From Pristiophorus japonicus (taxonomy: Eukaryota), in assembly GCF_044704955.1 (NCBI RefSeq), contig NW_027251278.1, positions 1,054,001 through 1,118,000 on the forward strand: a DNA stretch of 64,000 nt, written 5' to 3'. The notes beneath the pieces are model-generated. The model was not told the origin of the DNA. It saw only the letters and a program-made list of their open reading frames with translations, and did not search any database. Within the stretch, counting starts at the first letter, position 1. Every line of letters starts with the position of its first letter. Shown piece by piece: positions 25,255 to 36,612 of the stretch. A program made the position numbers and the translations under genes.

Positions 25255-25784
25255 AAGCTTCCGGAACGCGAGGACCACCTGACCCGGCAGCGAGGGATGT
25301 GGAGTCCGTCACTTTCTGATTTGCTGCCGCCTCTGAGTCCTGATTTATCTGTGGTGCTGGCTTCTTCTCCCAATACACATTCAACTTAACTACGTACAGT
25401 ACTTGTTTGTCTATCAGCATGTGAGTAATTCCACTCACTTTCTGCCAGGGTGGGCACCAGTCCCCAGCTTTTCGAGCATAGCTCGGGCTCACTCTCTCTC
25501 TCTCGCACCCCATCCAGAGTGCTTCTTGTGACCAGGCGGGATCAGACCACGTAACCAGGGTCAGCTGTGACCAGGGACATCTGTGTAGTGACAGGCATGA
25601 ACAGGGACAAGTGTGCCCAGGGCAGGCGCAAGAGGGCAGGCGCGAGCAAGGGCAGGTGTGAGCAGTGACTGGGACTGGTGTGAGAAGTGTGGGCAGAGAC
25701 AGGCACGAGTAAGGCAGGCGTGAGCGGTGACGGGCGTGAGCAAGGCGGGCACAAGCAAGGGCGAACATGTGTCTTCCCCCCCCA

Positions 25785-26140
25785 CCCCCGCGCTGATGGT
25801 ACAGTCCCCCTCCCCCCCCCCCCCCCCAGCCCCCGTGCTGATAGTACAGTCCCCCCGCGCTGATGGTACAGTCCCTTGGGATCGCACTGCCCCCGCGCTG
25901 ATGGTACAGTCCAGTGAGATCGCACTGCCCCTGCGCTGATGGTACGGTTCCCCCCACTGCCCCCGCGTTGATGGTATGGCCCCCCCACTGATGGTACGGC
26001 CCCCCCCACTGCCCCCGCGCTGATGGTACGGCCCCCCCCCCCCCCACTGCCCCCACGCTGATGGTACGGTGCCCCCCACTGCCCCCGCGCTGATGTTACG
26101 GTGCCCCCCACTGCCCCCGCGCTGATGGTACGGTCCCGTG
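25785..26140. repeat. About 31-bp tandem repeat (ccccgcgctgatggtacggtgccccccactg)
   Basis: About 10 degenerate copies. Confidence 0.88.
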
Positions 26141-26327
26141 GGGCAGTGGAGGAGTCGGTTTCTAATTCCCCGTGACGATCCGACAGGAGCGATTGTGTTG
26201 AGTATCAATGGAGCGCGTGTGTCTCGAGTGCGCCCCCCCCCCCCCCCGCACCGCACCCCCCCTCCTCCCTCCTCCCCGTCGCGCTCTGTAACTGAGGAGC
26301 AGGGCGGGACAGCCTTGCCCACGGCCC

Positions 26328-29300
26328 TTAGAAACATAAAAAATAGGTGCAGGAGTAGGCCATTCGGCCCTTCGAGCCTGCACCACCATTCAATAAGATC
26401 ATGGCTGATCATTCCCTCAGTACCCCTTTCCTGCTTTCTCTCCATACCCCTTGATCCCTTTAGCCGTAAGAGCCATATCTAACTCCCTCTTGAATATATC
26501 CAATGAACTGGCCTCAACAAATCTCTGCGGTAGGGAATTCCACAGGTTAACAACTCTCTGAGTGAAGAAGTTTCTCCTCATCTCGGTCCTAAATGGCTTA
26601 CCCCTTATCCTTAGACTGTGACCCCTGGTTCTGGACTTCCCCAACATCGGGAACATTCTTCCTGCATCTAACCTGTCTAAACCCGTCAGAATTTTATATG
26701 TTTTTATGAGATTCCCTCTCATCCTTCGAAACTCCAGTGAATACAGGCCCATTCGATCCTGTCTTTCTTCATAGGTCAGTCCAGCCATCCCTAGAATCAG
26801 TCTGGTGACCCTTCGCTGCACTCCCTCAATAGCAAGAACGTCCTTCCTCGGATTAGGAGACCAAAACTGAACACAATATTCCAGGTGAGGCCTCACCAAG
26901 GCCCTGTACAACTGCAGTAAGACCTCCCTGCTCCTATACTCAAATCCCCTCGCTATGAAGGCCAACATACCATTTGCCTTCTTCACCGCCTGCTGAACCT
27001 GCATGCCAACTTTCAATGACTGATGAACCATGACACCCAGGTCTCGTTGCACCTCCCCTTTTCCTAATCTGTTACCATTCAGATAATATTCTGTCTTCCT
27101 GTTTTTGCCCCCAAAGTGGATAACCTCACATTTATCCACATACTGCATCTGCCATGCATTTTCCCACTCACCTAACCTGTCCAAGTCACCCTGCAGCCTC
27201 TTAGCGTCCTCCTCACAGCTCACACCGCCACCCAGCTTAGTGTCATCCGCAAACCTGGAGATATTACATTCAATTTCTTCATCTAAATCATTAATGTATA
27301 TTGTAAAGAGCTGGGGTCCCAGCACTGAGCCCTGCGGTCATCATCATAGGCAGACCCTCGGAATCGAGGAAGACTTGCTTCCACTCACTAAGTGAGTTCT
27401 TTGATGGCTGAACAGTCCGATAAGAGAGCCACAGACCCTGTCACAGGTGGGACAGACATTCGTCGAGGGAGGGGGTCGGTGGGGCTGGTTTGCCGCGCGC
27501 TCCTTCCGCTGCCTGTGCTTGGCCTCTTCACGCTCTTTGCGTTGAAATTCGAATAACTCAACGCCCTCCTGGATGCACTTTCTCCACTAGTCACTGCCTG
27601 CCATTCTGAAAAGAACCCATTTATCCCGACTCTCTGCTTCCTGTCTGCCAACCAGTTCTCTATCCACGTCAGTATATTACCCCCAATACCATGAGCTTTG
27701 ATTTTGCACACCAATCTCTTGTGTGGGACCTTGTCAAAAGCCTTTTGAAAGTCCAAATACACCACATCCACTGGTTCTCCCTTGTCCACTCGACTCGTTA
27801 CATCCTCAAAAAATTCTAGAAGATTGGTCAAGCATATTTTCCCTTTCATAAATCCATGCTGACTTGGACTGATCCTGACAGCTTTCCAAATGCGCGACTA
27901 TTACGTCTTTAATAATTGATTCCAACATTTTCCCCACCACTGATGTCAGGCCAACCAGTCTATAATTACCCGCTTTCTCTCTCTCCTTTTTTAAAAAGTG
28001 GGGTTACATTAGCTACCCTCCAGTCCATAGGAACTGATCCAGAGTCTATAGAATGTTGGAAAATGACCACCAATGCATCCACTATTTCTAGGGCTACTTC
28101 CTTAAGTACTCAGATGCAGACTTTCAGGCCCTGGGGATTTATCAATCCCATCAATTTTCTGAACATAATTTCCTGACTAATAAGGATTTCCTTCAGTTCC
28201 TCCTTCTCACTAGACTCTCGGTCCCCTAGTATTTCCGGAAGGTTATTTGTGTCTTCCTTTGTGAAGACAGAACCAAAGTATTTGTTCAATTGATCTGCCA
28301 TTTCTTTGTTCCCCATTATAAATTCACCTGATTCTGACTGTAAGGGAACTACATTTGTCTTCACTAATCATTTTCTCTTCACGTACCTATGGAAGCTTTT
28401 GCAGTCAGTTTTTATGTTCCCAGCAAGCTTCCTCTCGTACTCTTTTTCCCCTCTCCTAATTAAACACTTTGTCTTCCTCTGCTGAATTCTACATTTCTCC
28501 CAGTCCTCCGGTTTGTTGCTTTTTCTGGCCAATTAATATGCCTCTTCCTTGGACTTAACACTATCCCTAATTTCCCTTGTTAGCCACGGTTGAGCCACCT
28601 TCCCCGTTTTATTTTTACGCCAGACAGGGATGTACAATAGTTGAAGTTTGTCCATGTGATCTTTAAATGTCTGCCATTGCCTATCCACCGTCAATCCTTT
28701 TAGTATTATTTGCCAGTCTATCCTAGCCAATTCACGTCTCATACCATCGAAGTTACCTTTTTTTAAGTTCAGGACCCTAGTCTCTGAATTGACTGTATCA
28801 CTCTCCATCTTAATGAAGAATTCTACCATATTATGGTCACTCTTCCCCAAGGGGCCTCGCACAACAAGATTGCTAATTAGTCCCTTCTCATTACACATCA
28901 CCCAATCTAGGATGGCCTGATCTCCAGTTGGTTCCTCGACACATTGGTCTAGAAAACCATCCCTTATATACTCCAGGAAATCCTCCTCCACCGTATTGCT
29001 ACCAGTTTGGTTAGCCCAATCAATATGTAAATTAAAGTTGCCCATGATAACTGCTGTACCTTTATTGCACGCGATCCTAATTTCCTGTTTGATGGCATCC
29101 CCAACCTCACTACTACTGTTTGGTGGTCTGTACACAACTCCCAATAACGTTTTCTGCCCTTTGGTGTTCCATAGCTCCACCCATACAGATTCCACGTCAT
29201 CCAAGCTAATGTCCTTCCCTACTATTGCATTAATCTCCTCTTTAACCAGCAATGCCACCCCGCCTCCTTTTCCTTTCTGTCTATCCTTCCTGAATGTTGA

Positions 29301-29430
29301 ATACCCCTGGATGTTGAGTTCCCAGCCTTGGTCACCCTAGAGCCATGTCTCCATAATCCCAATTATATCATATCCGTTAATAGCTGCCTGCGCAGTTAAT
29401 TCATCTACCTTATTCCGAATGCTCCTCGAT
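26328..29430 (-). mobile_element. About 3.1-kb CR1 LINE with endonuclease and RT remnants, internally deleted and frameshifted
   Basis: ORF 28533-29258 has APE motifs (GVVYRPPN, MGNFN, SDH). ORFs 27388-27849 and 26417-27325 carry RT motifs ([17 protein letters not shown]). Confidence 0.95.
27338..27588 (-). mobile_element. RTE-clade LINE 3' fragment nested in CR1
   Basis: Matches 30551-30800 and interrupts the CR1 [10 protein letters not shown] codons. Confidence 0.88.
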
Positions 29431-30550
29431 GTGCAGTGCAGTTACTGAGGATCGCTCCCTCGATGTGCTCTTCGATTGTCAGTGTTCGGTCTGATGTGGC
29501 CCCCAAGGTCCTCACAGTGCCTGAGGATTGGCCCAACCCACTTTACCTGGTGTTTGTCATAGACTCTCCAAGCATCATGTCTGTGCTGGCTTTGTGACAG
29601 AGCGATCCAATCAGTCCCACTCCCCCGCTCTTTCCCCAGAATCCTGCAGATTTTTCCTGTTCAAGTATTTATCCAACTCCCTTGTGAAAGTCACGATTGA
29701 ATCTGCTCCCACCGCCCTTTCAGGCAGCGCGTTCCCGATCACAACAACTCGCTGCATAAAACATTCTCGTCTCACGTCTGGTTCTTTTGTCAATCACCTT
29801 AAATGAAGTGTCTCTTCTTGAAGGACATCACCCGCAGCTTCTCCAGTCTGCCTGTGTCGGAGGGAGCGCCCCGGGACTCTGAAGCTGAATTTCGGAGGGG
29901 ACGGTGTGTGTGTGCTGAGTTGATACACTGCGCTGTGTGTGCTGCCATCTCGCGATCACTGCCGTCACCAACTGGAAGCTTTCCTGTACTGTCAGAGGTG
30001 ACGGGCAGGAATTGGACCCTCGTTCGATCACACACTTCTCGGCTCCTCCCTGCTGTCTCCCCAGACAGAGCTGTGACTGAGTGAGGGTAGGGCCTGACAC
30101 GGGCGGAGTCGCTGGTCACACTTGATACCCTGGTTTGCAGGCATGCGTTTGACATGATCCTGCTGAGAAAACACTAATTTCACACTAATTGAGGTTCAAA
30201 CACACATTGCCTGGTGTGAAGAAGACACTCATTAAACACTATTTGGTGAGCTGAACCTATTCCTCATACTCCCAGCCCATTGCCCAAAACAACGGTTAAT
30301 CTCAGCTCTTTTATTACATTTAAACCATATGAATGAATTTGATTTAAATATTTTTAAGGCTATGTATTCGTGTCGATTTAATGTACCTCAGTCGCCCATC
30401 GGACCGGTTTGGTTGCCGAATCAGCTCTTCACATACAATATTCAACGTGTTTTACTTAAATAAAGATTGATTTTGAAACGAAAACTGCGATTGTATTTCA
30501 ATCTCGTGTCAGTCTGTGCAACAACTCCCCCACCCTCACACACACACTGC

Positions 30551-31242
30551 CATCATCATAGGCAGTCCCTCGGAATCGAGGAGGACTTGCTTCCACTCCT
30601 AAATTGAGTTCTTTGGTGGCTGAACAGTCCGATACAAGAGCCACAGACCCTGTCACAGGTGGGACAGACATTCGCCGGGGTGGGGGGGCGGGTGGGACTG
30701 ATTTACCACTCACACCTTCTGCTGCCTGCGCTTGGTCGCCGCATGCTTGCAGTGTTGAGATTCGAAGAGCTCAGCGCCCTCCCAGATGGACTTTCTCCAC
30801 TTAAGGCAGTCAGTGGGGATGTCGCACTTTATCAGGGAGGTTTTGAGGGTGTCCTTGTAACGTTTCCACTGCCCACCTTTAGCTCCTTTGCCGTGAAGGA
30901 GCTCCGCATAAAGCAATTGCTTTGGGAGTCTCGTGTCTGGCATGCGAACTATGTGGCCTGCCCAGCGAAGCTGATCGCGTGTGGTCAGTGCTTCAATGCT
31001 GGGGATGTTAGCCTGGGCGAGGACACTGATGTTGGTGCGTCTGTCCTCCCAGGGGATTTGTAGGATCTTGCGGAGACATCGTTGGTGATATATCCCCAGC
31101 GGCTTGAGGTGCCTTCTATACAACGTCCATGCCTCTGATCCATACAGGAGGGCGGGTATTACTCCAGCCCTGTCGACCATGAGCTTGGTGGTAGATTTGA
31201 GGGCCTGGTCTTCGAACACTCTTTTCCTCAGGCTGCCGAACA
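30551..31242 (-). mobile_element. RTE-clade LINE 3' fragment with (ATG)n tail
   Basis: ORF 30710-31264 reads PALLYGSEAWT, QRCLRKIL, LRWAGHIVRMPDTRLPKQLLY, GGQWKRYKDTLK. Confidence 0.9.
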
Positions 31243-31324
31243 CAAACTGTACCCCATCCAACACCCAACCCTTTCACACACAGGCACTGTACCCCATAAA
31301 CTCCCCACCCAGGGTTTTCAGATG

Positions 31325-34250
31325 AGATAGGTTGATAAAAAAGGAAGGGAATTGTAATGTTGATTAAAGAAACAATTCCAGCTGTGACGAGGGATAAAAT
31401 GTTAGATGGATCATCAAATGTGGCCATTTTGGTTGAACTGAAGAACAAGAAATCAGCATCACACTGTTGTGAGTGCACTATAGACTCCCAAATAATCAGA
31501 AGACCAGCCCAATAAGAGAGGGGTGGTTCTGGACTTAGTTTCAGGGAATGAAGCTGGGTAGGTGGAAGGGGTACCAGTGGAGGAGCATTTTGGTGGTTGT
31601 GATTGTAATCCACTTAGATTTAGCGTACTTATGGAAAAGGACAAAGATAGACCAGGAGTAAAAGTTCTCAATTGGGAGAAAGCTAATTTTACTAAGCCGA
31701 GATATGATTTGGCCAAAGTGGACTGGAAACAGTTACTTGATGGAAAATCAGTGGGAGGCATTCAAGGATGAGGAGAAGGGAAAGGGACAGGGTTAATCGT
31801 CATTTAGAAAGGCACGGATTAATTAACCTTTTGTATGGGGAAGTTTGTCTGACTAACTTGACTGAATTTTTTGAGAAGGTAACCAGGAGGGTTGATGAGG
31901 GCAGTGCGTATGATGTAGTGCATATGGATTTTAGCAAGGCCCTTGACAAGATCCCACATGGCAGACTGGTCAAGAAAGAAAAAGCCCATGGGATCCAGGG
32001 CAAAGTGGCAAGTTGGATCTAAAATTGGCTCAGAGGCAGGAAGCAGAGGGTAATGGTCGATGGGTGTTTTTGTGACTGGAAGGCTGTATCCAGTGGGGTC
32101 CCGCAGGGCTCAGTGCTGGGTCCCTTGCTCTTTGTGATATACATCAATAATTTTAGACTTCAATGTAGGATTATGATTAAAAATGATACTAAAACCGGCT
32201 GTGTGGTTGATAATGAAGAAGAAAGCTGCGGACTGCAGGAAGATATCAATGTACTGGTCAGGTGGGCAGAACAGTGGCAAATGGAATTCAATCTGGAGAA
32301 GTGTGAGGTAATGCATTTGGGGAGGGCCAACAAGGCAAGGGAATACACATTAAATGGTAGGACACTGAGAAGTGTAGAGGAACAGAGGGACCTGGGAGTG
32401 CAGGTCCACAGATCCCTGAAGGTAGCAGGCCAGGTAGATAAGGTGGACTTTCAGAAGGCTTTCGACAAGGTTCCACACAAGAGATTAATGTGCAAAGTTA
32501 AAGCACATGGGATTGGGGGTAGTGTGCTGACATTGATTGAGAACTGGTTGTCAGACAGGAAGCAAAGAGTAGGAGTAAATGGGGACTTTTCAAAATGGTA
32601 GGCAGTGACTAGTGGGATACCGCAAGGTTCTGTGCTGGGGCCCCAGCTGTTTACACTGTACATTAATGATTTAGACGAGGGGATTAAATGTAGTATCTCC
32701 AAATTTGCGGATGACACTAAGCTGGGTGGCAGTGTGAGCTGTGAGGAGGATGCTATGAGGCTGCAGAGTGACTTGGATAGGTTTGGTGAGTGGGCAAATG
32801 CATGGCAGATGAAGTACAATGTGGATAAATGTGAGATTATCCACTTTGGTGGTAAAAACAGAGAGACAGACTATTATCTGAATGGTGACAGATTAGGAAA
32901 AGGGGAGGTGCAACGAGACCTGGGTGTCATGGTACATCAGTCATTGAAGGTTGGCATGCAGGTACAACAGGCGGTTAAGAAAGCAAATGGCATGTTGGCC
33001 TTCATAGCGAGGGGATTTGAGTACAGGGGCAGGGAGGTGTTGCTACAGTTGTACAGGGCCTTGGTGAGGCCACACCTGGAGTTTTGTGTACAGTTTTGGT
33101 CTCCTCACTTGAGGAAGGACATTCTTGCTATTGAGGGAGTGCAGCGAAGATTCACCAGACTGATTCCCGGGATGGTGGGACTGACCTATCAAGAAAGACT
33201 GGATCAACTGGGCTTGTATTCACTGGAGTTCAGAAGAATGAGAGAGGATCTCATAGAAACTTTTAAAATTCTGACGGGTTTAGACAGGTTCGATGCAGGA
33301 AGAATGTTCCCAATGTTGGGGAAGTCCAGAACCAGGGGTCACAGTCTAAGGATAAGGGGTAAGCCATTTAGGACCGAGATGAGGAGAAACTTCTTCACCC
33401 AGTGAGTGGTGAACCTGTGGAATTCTCTACCACAGAAAGTAGTTGAGGCCAATTCACTAAATATATTCAAAAAGGAGTTAGATGTAGTCCTTACTACTAG
33501 GGGGATCAAGGGGTATGGCGAGAAAGCAGGAAGTTGCATGTTCAGCCATGAACTCATTGAATGGCGGTGCAGGCTCGAAGGGCCGAATGGCCTACTCCTG
33601 CACCTATTTTCTATGTTTCTAAGAAGGCATCCGGAATACTTGCCTTTATTAGCCGAGGCTTGGAATACAAGAGCAGGGGGAATTATGCTTGAACTGTATA
33701 AAACACTAGTTAGGCCACAGCTGGAGTACTGCGTGCAGTTCTGGTCACCACATGACAGGAAGGATGTGATTGCACTGGAGAGGGTACAGAGGAGATTTAT
33801 CAGGATGTTGCCTGGGCTGGAGAATTTTAGCTATGAGGAAAGATTGGATAGGCTGAGGTTGTTCTCACTGGAACAGAGGAGGCTGAGGGGAGACCTGACT
33901 GAGGTGTATAAAATGATGAGGGGCCTGGATAGAGTGGATAGGAAGGACCTGTTTCCCTTGGCAGAGGGGTCAACAACCAGGGGGGCATAGATTTAAAGTA
34001 ATTGGGGGGAGGTTTAGAGGGGATTTGAGGGGAAATGTCTTCACCCAGAGGGAGGTGGGGGTCTGGAACTCACGGCCTGAAAGGGTGGTAGAGGCAGAAA
34101 CCCTCCCCACATTTAAACAGTACCTGGATGTGCCCCTGAAGTGCTGTAACCTGCAGGGCTACGGACCCAGAGCTGGGAAGTGGGATTAGGCCGGGTAGCT
34201 CTTGGTCGGCCGGCACGGACACAATGGGCCGAATGGCTGTAAACTTCTCT
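31325..34250 (+). mobile_element. Decayed CR1 (same subfamily as 2201-3235) hosting a younger CR1
   Basis: [23 protein letters not shown] and LYKTLVRPQLEYCVQFWSPH. Nearly the reverse complement of 2201-3235. Confidence 0.9.
32457..33620 (+). mobile_element. Nested CR1 of a second subfamily
   Basis: The host sequence gataaggtgg|aagaaggcat is interrupted. The insert has the RT ORF 32605-33405 and a ctatgtttct tail. Confidence 0.88.
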
Positions 34251-34424
34251 GATTTTAATCCTTAAAACCCACCTCTTTGACCGCGCCTTCTGGTCCTGTG
34301 TTGTAATATCTCCGCGTGCGGCTCAGTGTCCGATGTTGCTGGGAAGAGCCGAGGGACAGGTTACTGGGTGGCAGGCGCTGTGCCAATGCAAAGTTGTTGC
34401 TGTCGTTGCCGGGGCCGGGGACAA

Positions 34425-34443
34425 ACTACAAGTCCCGGCAGGC
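34425..34443 (+). promoter_or_regulatory. ZNF143/THAP11-type SBS motif ACTACAAGTCCCGGCAGGC
   Basis: Fits the vertebrate ACTAYRnnnCCCR promoter motif, about 230 bp upstream of the ATG. Confidence 0.7.
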
Positions 34444-34657
34444 GGCTGCGCGGCGCCTGCGCGGTGGCGGTGTTTTGAGAGGCGGGAGGGAGGGGTCCGG
34501 CAATGGCGCGCATGGGCAGTGAGCTTTGTTGTGACGGCGGCGGTGAGGCCAGGCGGGCGGGCGCAGGCGCGGTGGGGCCAGGCAGGCGAGCGGACGGCCC
34601 GGGCCAGGCGCGAGCAGCGGCCGTTGGGCTTTGAGTGGCGGCGCGCGGCCAGTTGCC

Positions 34658-35005
34658 ATGGAGCCGGCGGTGAGCGAGCTGTTTGGGGGTATCCCGGGCC
34701 GCGGGGCAGGGGCTGGGCCTATTGCCGCCGCCGGGGGCAGCGGCGGAGGGGGGAGCTCCGCCCGCGGCCCCGGCCGCCTCTCCTCCTCGGCAGCCCCACG
34801 GAACCCCAGCTCCCGAGGCCGCGGCTCGGTCCGCCTTTCCAGCTCGGGCCGCGGGCCCTCGTCGGGATCCGGGAGCTCGGCGCTCGGGCCGCCTCAGAAG
34901 AACAAGAGCGCGGCGGCGGCGGCGGCGGTGGCCGCCAAGAGCGGCCACAAGAAGTCCAAGGGCAGGCCGCGGGGCCGCAACAACCCGCCCTTCCTGCCGC
35001 CAGAG
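34658..35005 (+). CDS. GTPBP2: GTP-binding protein 2, coding exon 1 (MEPAVSELFGG...NNPPFLPPE)
   Basis: Kozak context gccATGG, conserved VSELFGG and NNPP.LPPE, and a GAG|gtaagg donor. Confidence 0.93.
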
Positions 35006-35040
35006 GTAAGGGGGAACCGGCAGGGTCAGAAATAAAGCAC

Positions 35041-36235
35041 CGGCAGTGCGGCGCTCCCTCAGTACTGACCCTCCGACAGTGCGGCACTCCCTCAGTACTG
35101 CCCCTCCGACAGTGCGGCACTCCCTCAGTACTGACCCTCCGACAGTGCGGCACTCCCTCAGTACTGCCCCTCCGACAGTGCGGCACTCCCTCAGTACTGC
35201 CCCTCCGACAGTGCGGCACTCCCTCAGTACTGACCCTCCGACAGTGCAGCACTCCCTCAGTACTGCCCCTCCGACAGTGCGGCACTCCCTCAGTACTGCC
35301 CCTCCGACAGTGCGGCACTCCCTCAGTACTGACCCTCCGACAGTGCGGCACTCCCTCAGTACTGCCCCTCCGACAGTGCAGCACTCCCTCAGTACTGCCC
35401 CTCCGACAGTGCGGCGCTCCCTCAGCACTGCCCCTCCGACAGTGCAGCACTCCCTCAGTACCGCCCCTCCGACAGTGCGGCACTCCCTCAGTACTGCCCC
35501 TCCGACAGTGCGGCGCTCCCTCAGTACTGCCCCTCCGACAGTGCAGCACTCCCTCAGTACTGCCCCTCCGACAGTGCGGCACTCCCTCAGTACCACCCCT
35601 CCGACAGTGTGGCGCTCCCTCAGTACTGCCCCTCCGACAGTGCGGCGCTCCCTCAGCACTGCCCCTCCGACAGTGCAGCACTCCCTCAGTACCGCCCCTC
35701 CGACAGTGTGGCGCTCCCTCAGTACTGCCCCTCCGACAGTGCGGCGCTCCCTCAGCACTGCCCCTCCGACAGTGCAGCACTCCCTCAGTACCGCCCCTCC
35801 GACAGTGCGGCGCTCCCTCAGTACTGCCCCTCCGACAGTGCAGCACTCCCTCAGTACTGCCCCTCCGACAGTGCGGCACTCCCTCAGTACCGCCCCTCCG
35901 ACAGTGTGGCGCTCCCTCAGTACTGTCCCTCCGACAGTGCGGCACTCCCTCAGCACTGCCCCTCCGACAGTGCGGCACTCCCTCAGTACCGCCCCTCCGA
36001 CAGTGCAGCACTCCCTCAGTACTGCCCCTCCGACAGTGCAGCGCTCCCTCAGTACTGACCCTCCGACAGTGCTGCACTCCCTCAGTACTGCCCCTCTGAC
36101 AGTGCACTCCCTCAGTACTGCCCCTCCGACAGTGCAGCACTCCCTCAGTACCGCCCTGGTGTGTCAGCCTAGACTTTGTGCTCGAGTCTGTGGATGGACA
36201 TTTGAACCCACGACCCTGTGACTGTGAGGTGAGGG
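35041..36235 (-). repeat. 33-bp minisatellite (ccgacagtgcggcactccctcagtactgcccct; about 33 copies) joined to a SINE head at about 36160-36235
   Basis: The unit is the reverse complement of the internal repeat of the SINE at 16670-16865. The flank gtcagcctagactttgtgctc...tttgaaccc matches the SINE 5' part. Confidence 0.92.
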
Positions 36236-36419
36236 GGTCCCTCTGAGCTCCCTGGAACTGTTGGCTGCTGTTCAGTAAACACGGGCGGAGCTGTGGACAT
36301 TGTCACTTCCTTCTGTTTGTTCACTGCGCTGATACATTCTGTCACCACGGCCAGCAGGCATCCAGTGCCACCTCGCACGTCCACTCGCTGCCGGTGTTTA
36401 AAACTGCGCCGTGTTAGAA

Positions 36420-36612
36420 AAAAGAAAGACTTGGATTTATATAGCACCTGTCATGACCACCAATGAAGTACTTTTCTTTTTGAACTGTAATCACTGACGT
36501 AATGTGGGAAACGCAGCAGCCAATTTGTTACGTTGATTGAGGGATTAATTTTGGCCTGGGCACTGGGGATAACTCCCCTGCTCTTCTCCGAAATAGTGGC
36601 ATGGGATCTTGT
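36420..36612 (-). mobile_element. Deu-domain SINE 3' fragment
   Basis: aaagacttggatttatatagcacc...aatagtggcatgggatctt. Confidence 0.75.

Larger units (their letters stand above)
34300..35040 (+). promoter_or_regulatory. CpG-island promoter and first exon of GTPBP2
   Basis: Dense CpG in non-repetitive sequence. CCAAT at 34383, NRF1-like GCGCCTGCGC at 34453 and GCGCAGGCGC at 34561, and a GC box at 34555. Confidence 0.8.

Noticed and set aside
26328-29430. Active autonomous CR1
   Set aside because: It is 5'-truncated, frameshifted, internally deleted and interrupted by an RTE fragment.
35041-36150. CRISPR-like array of 33-bp repeats
   Set aside because: The repeats are head-to-tail with no unique spacers, there are no cas genes, the context is a eukaryotic intron, and the unit is SINE-derived.
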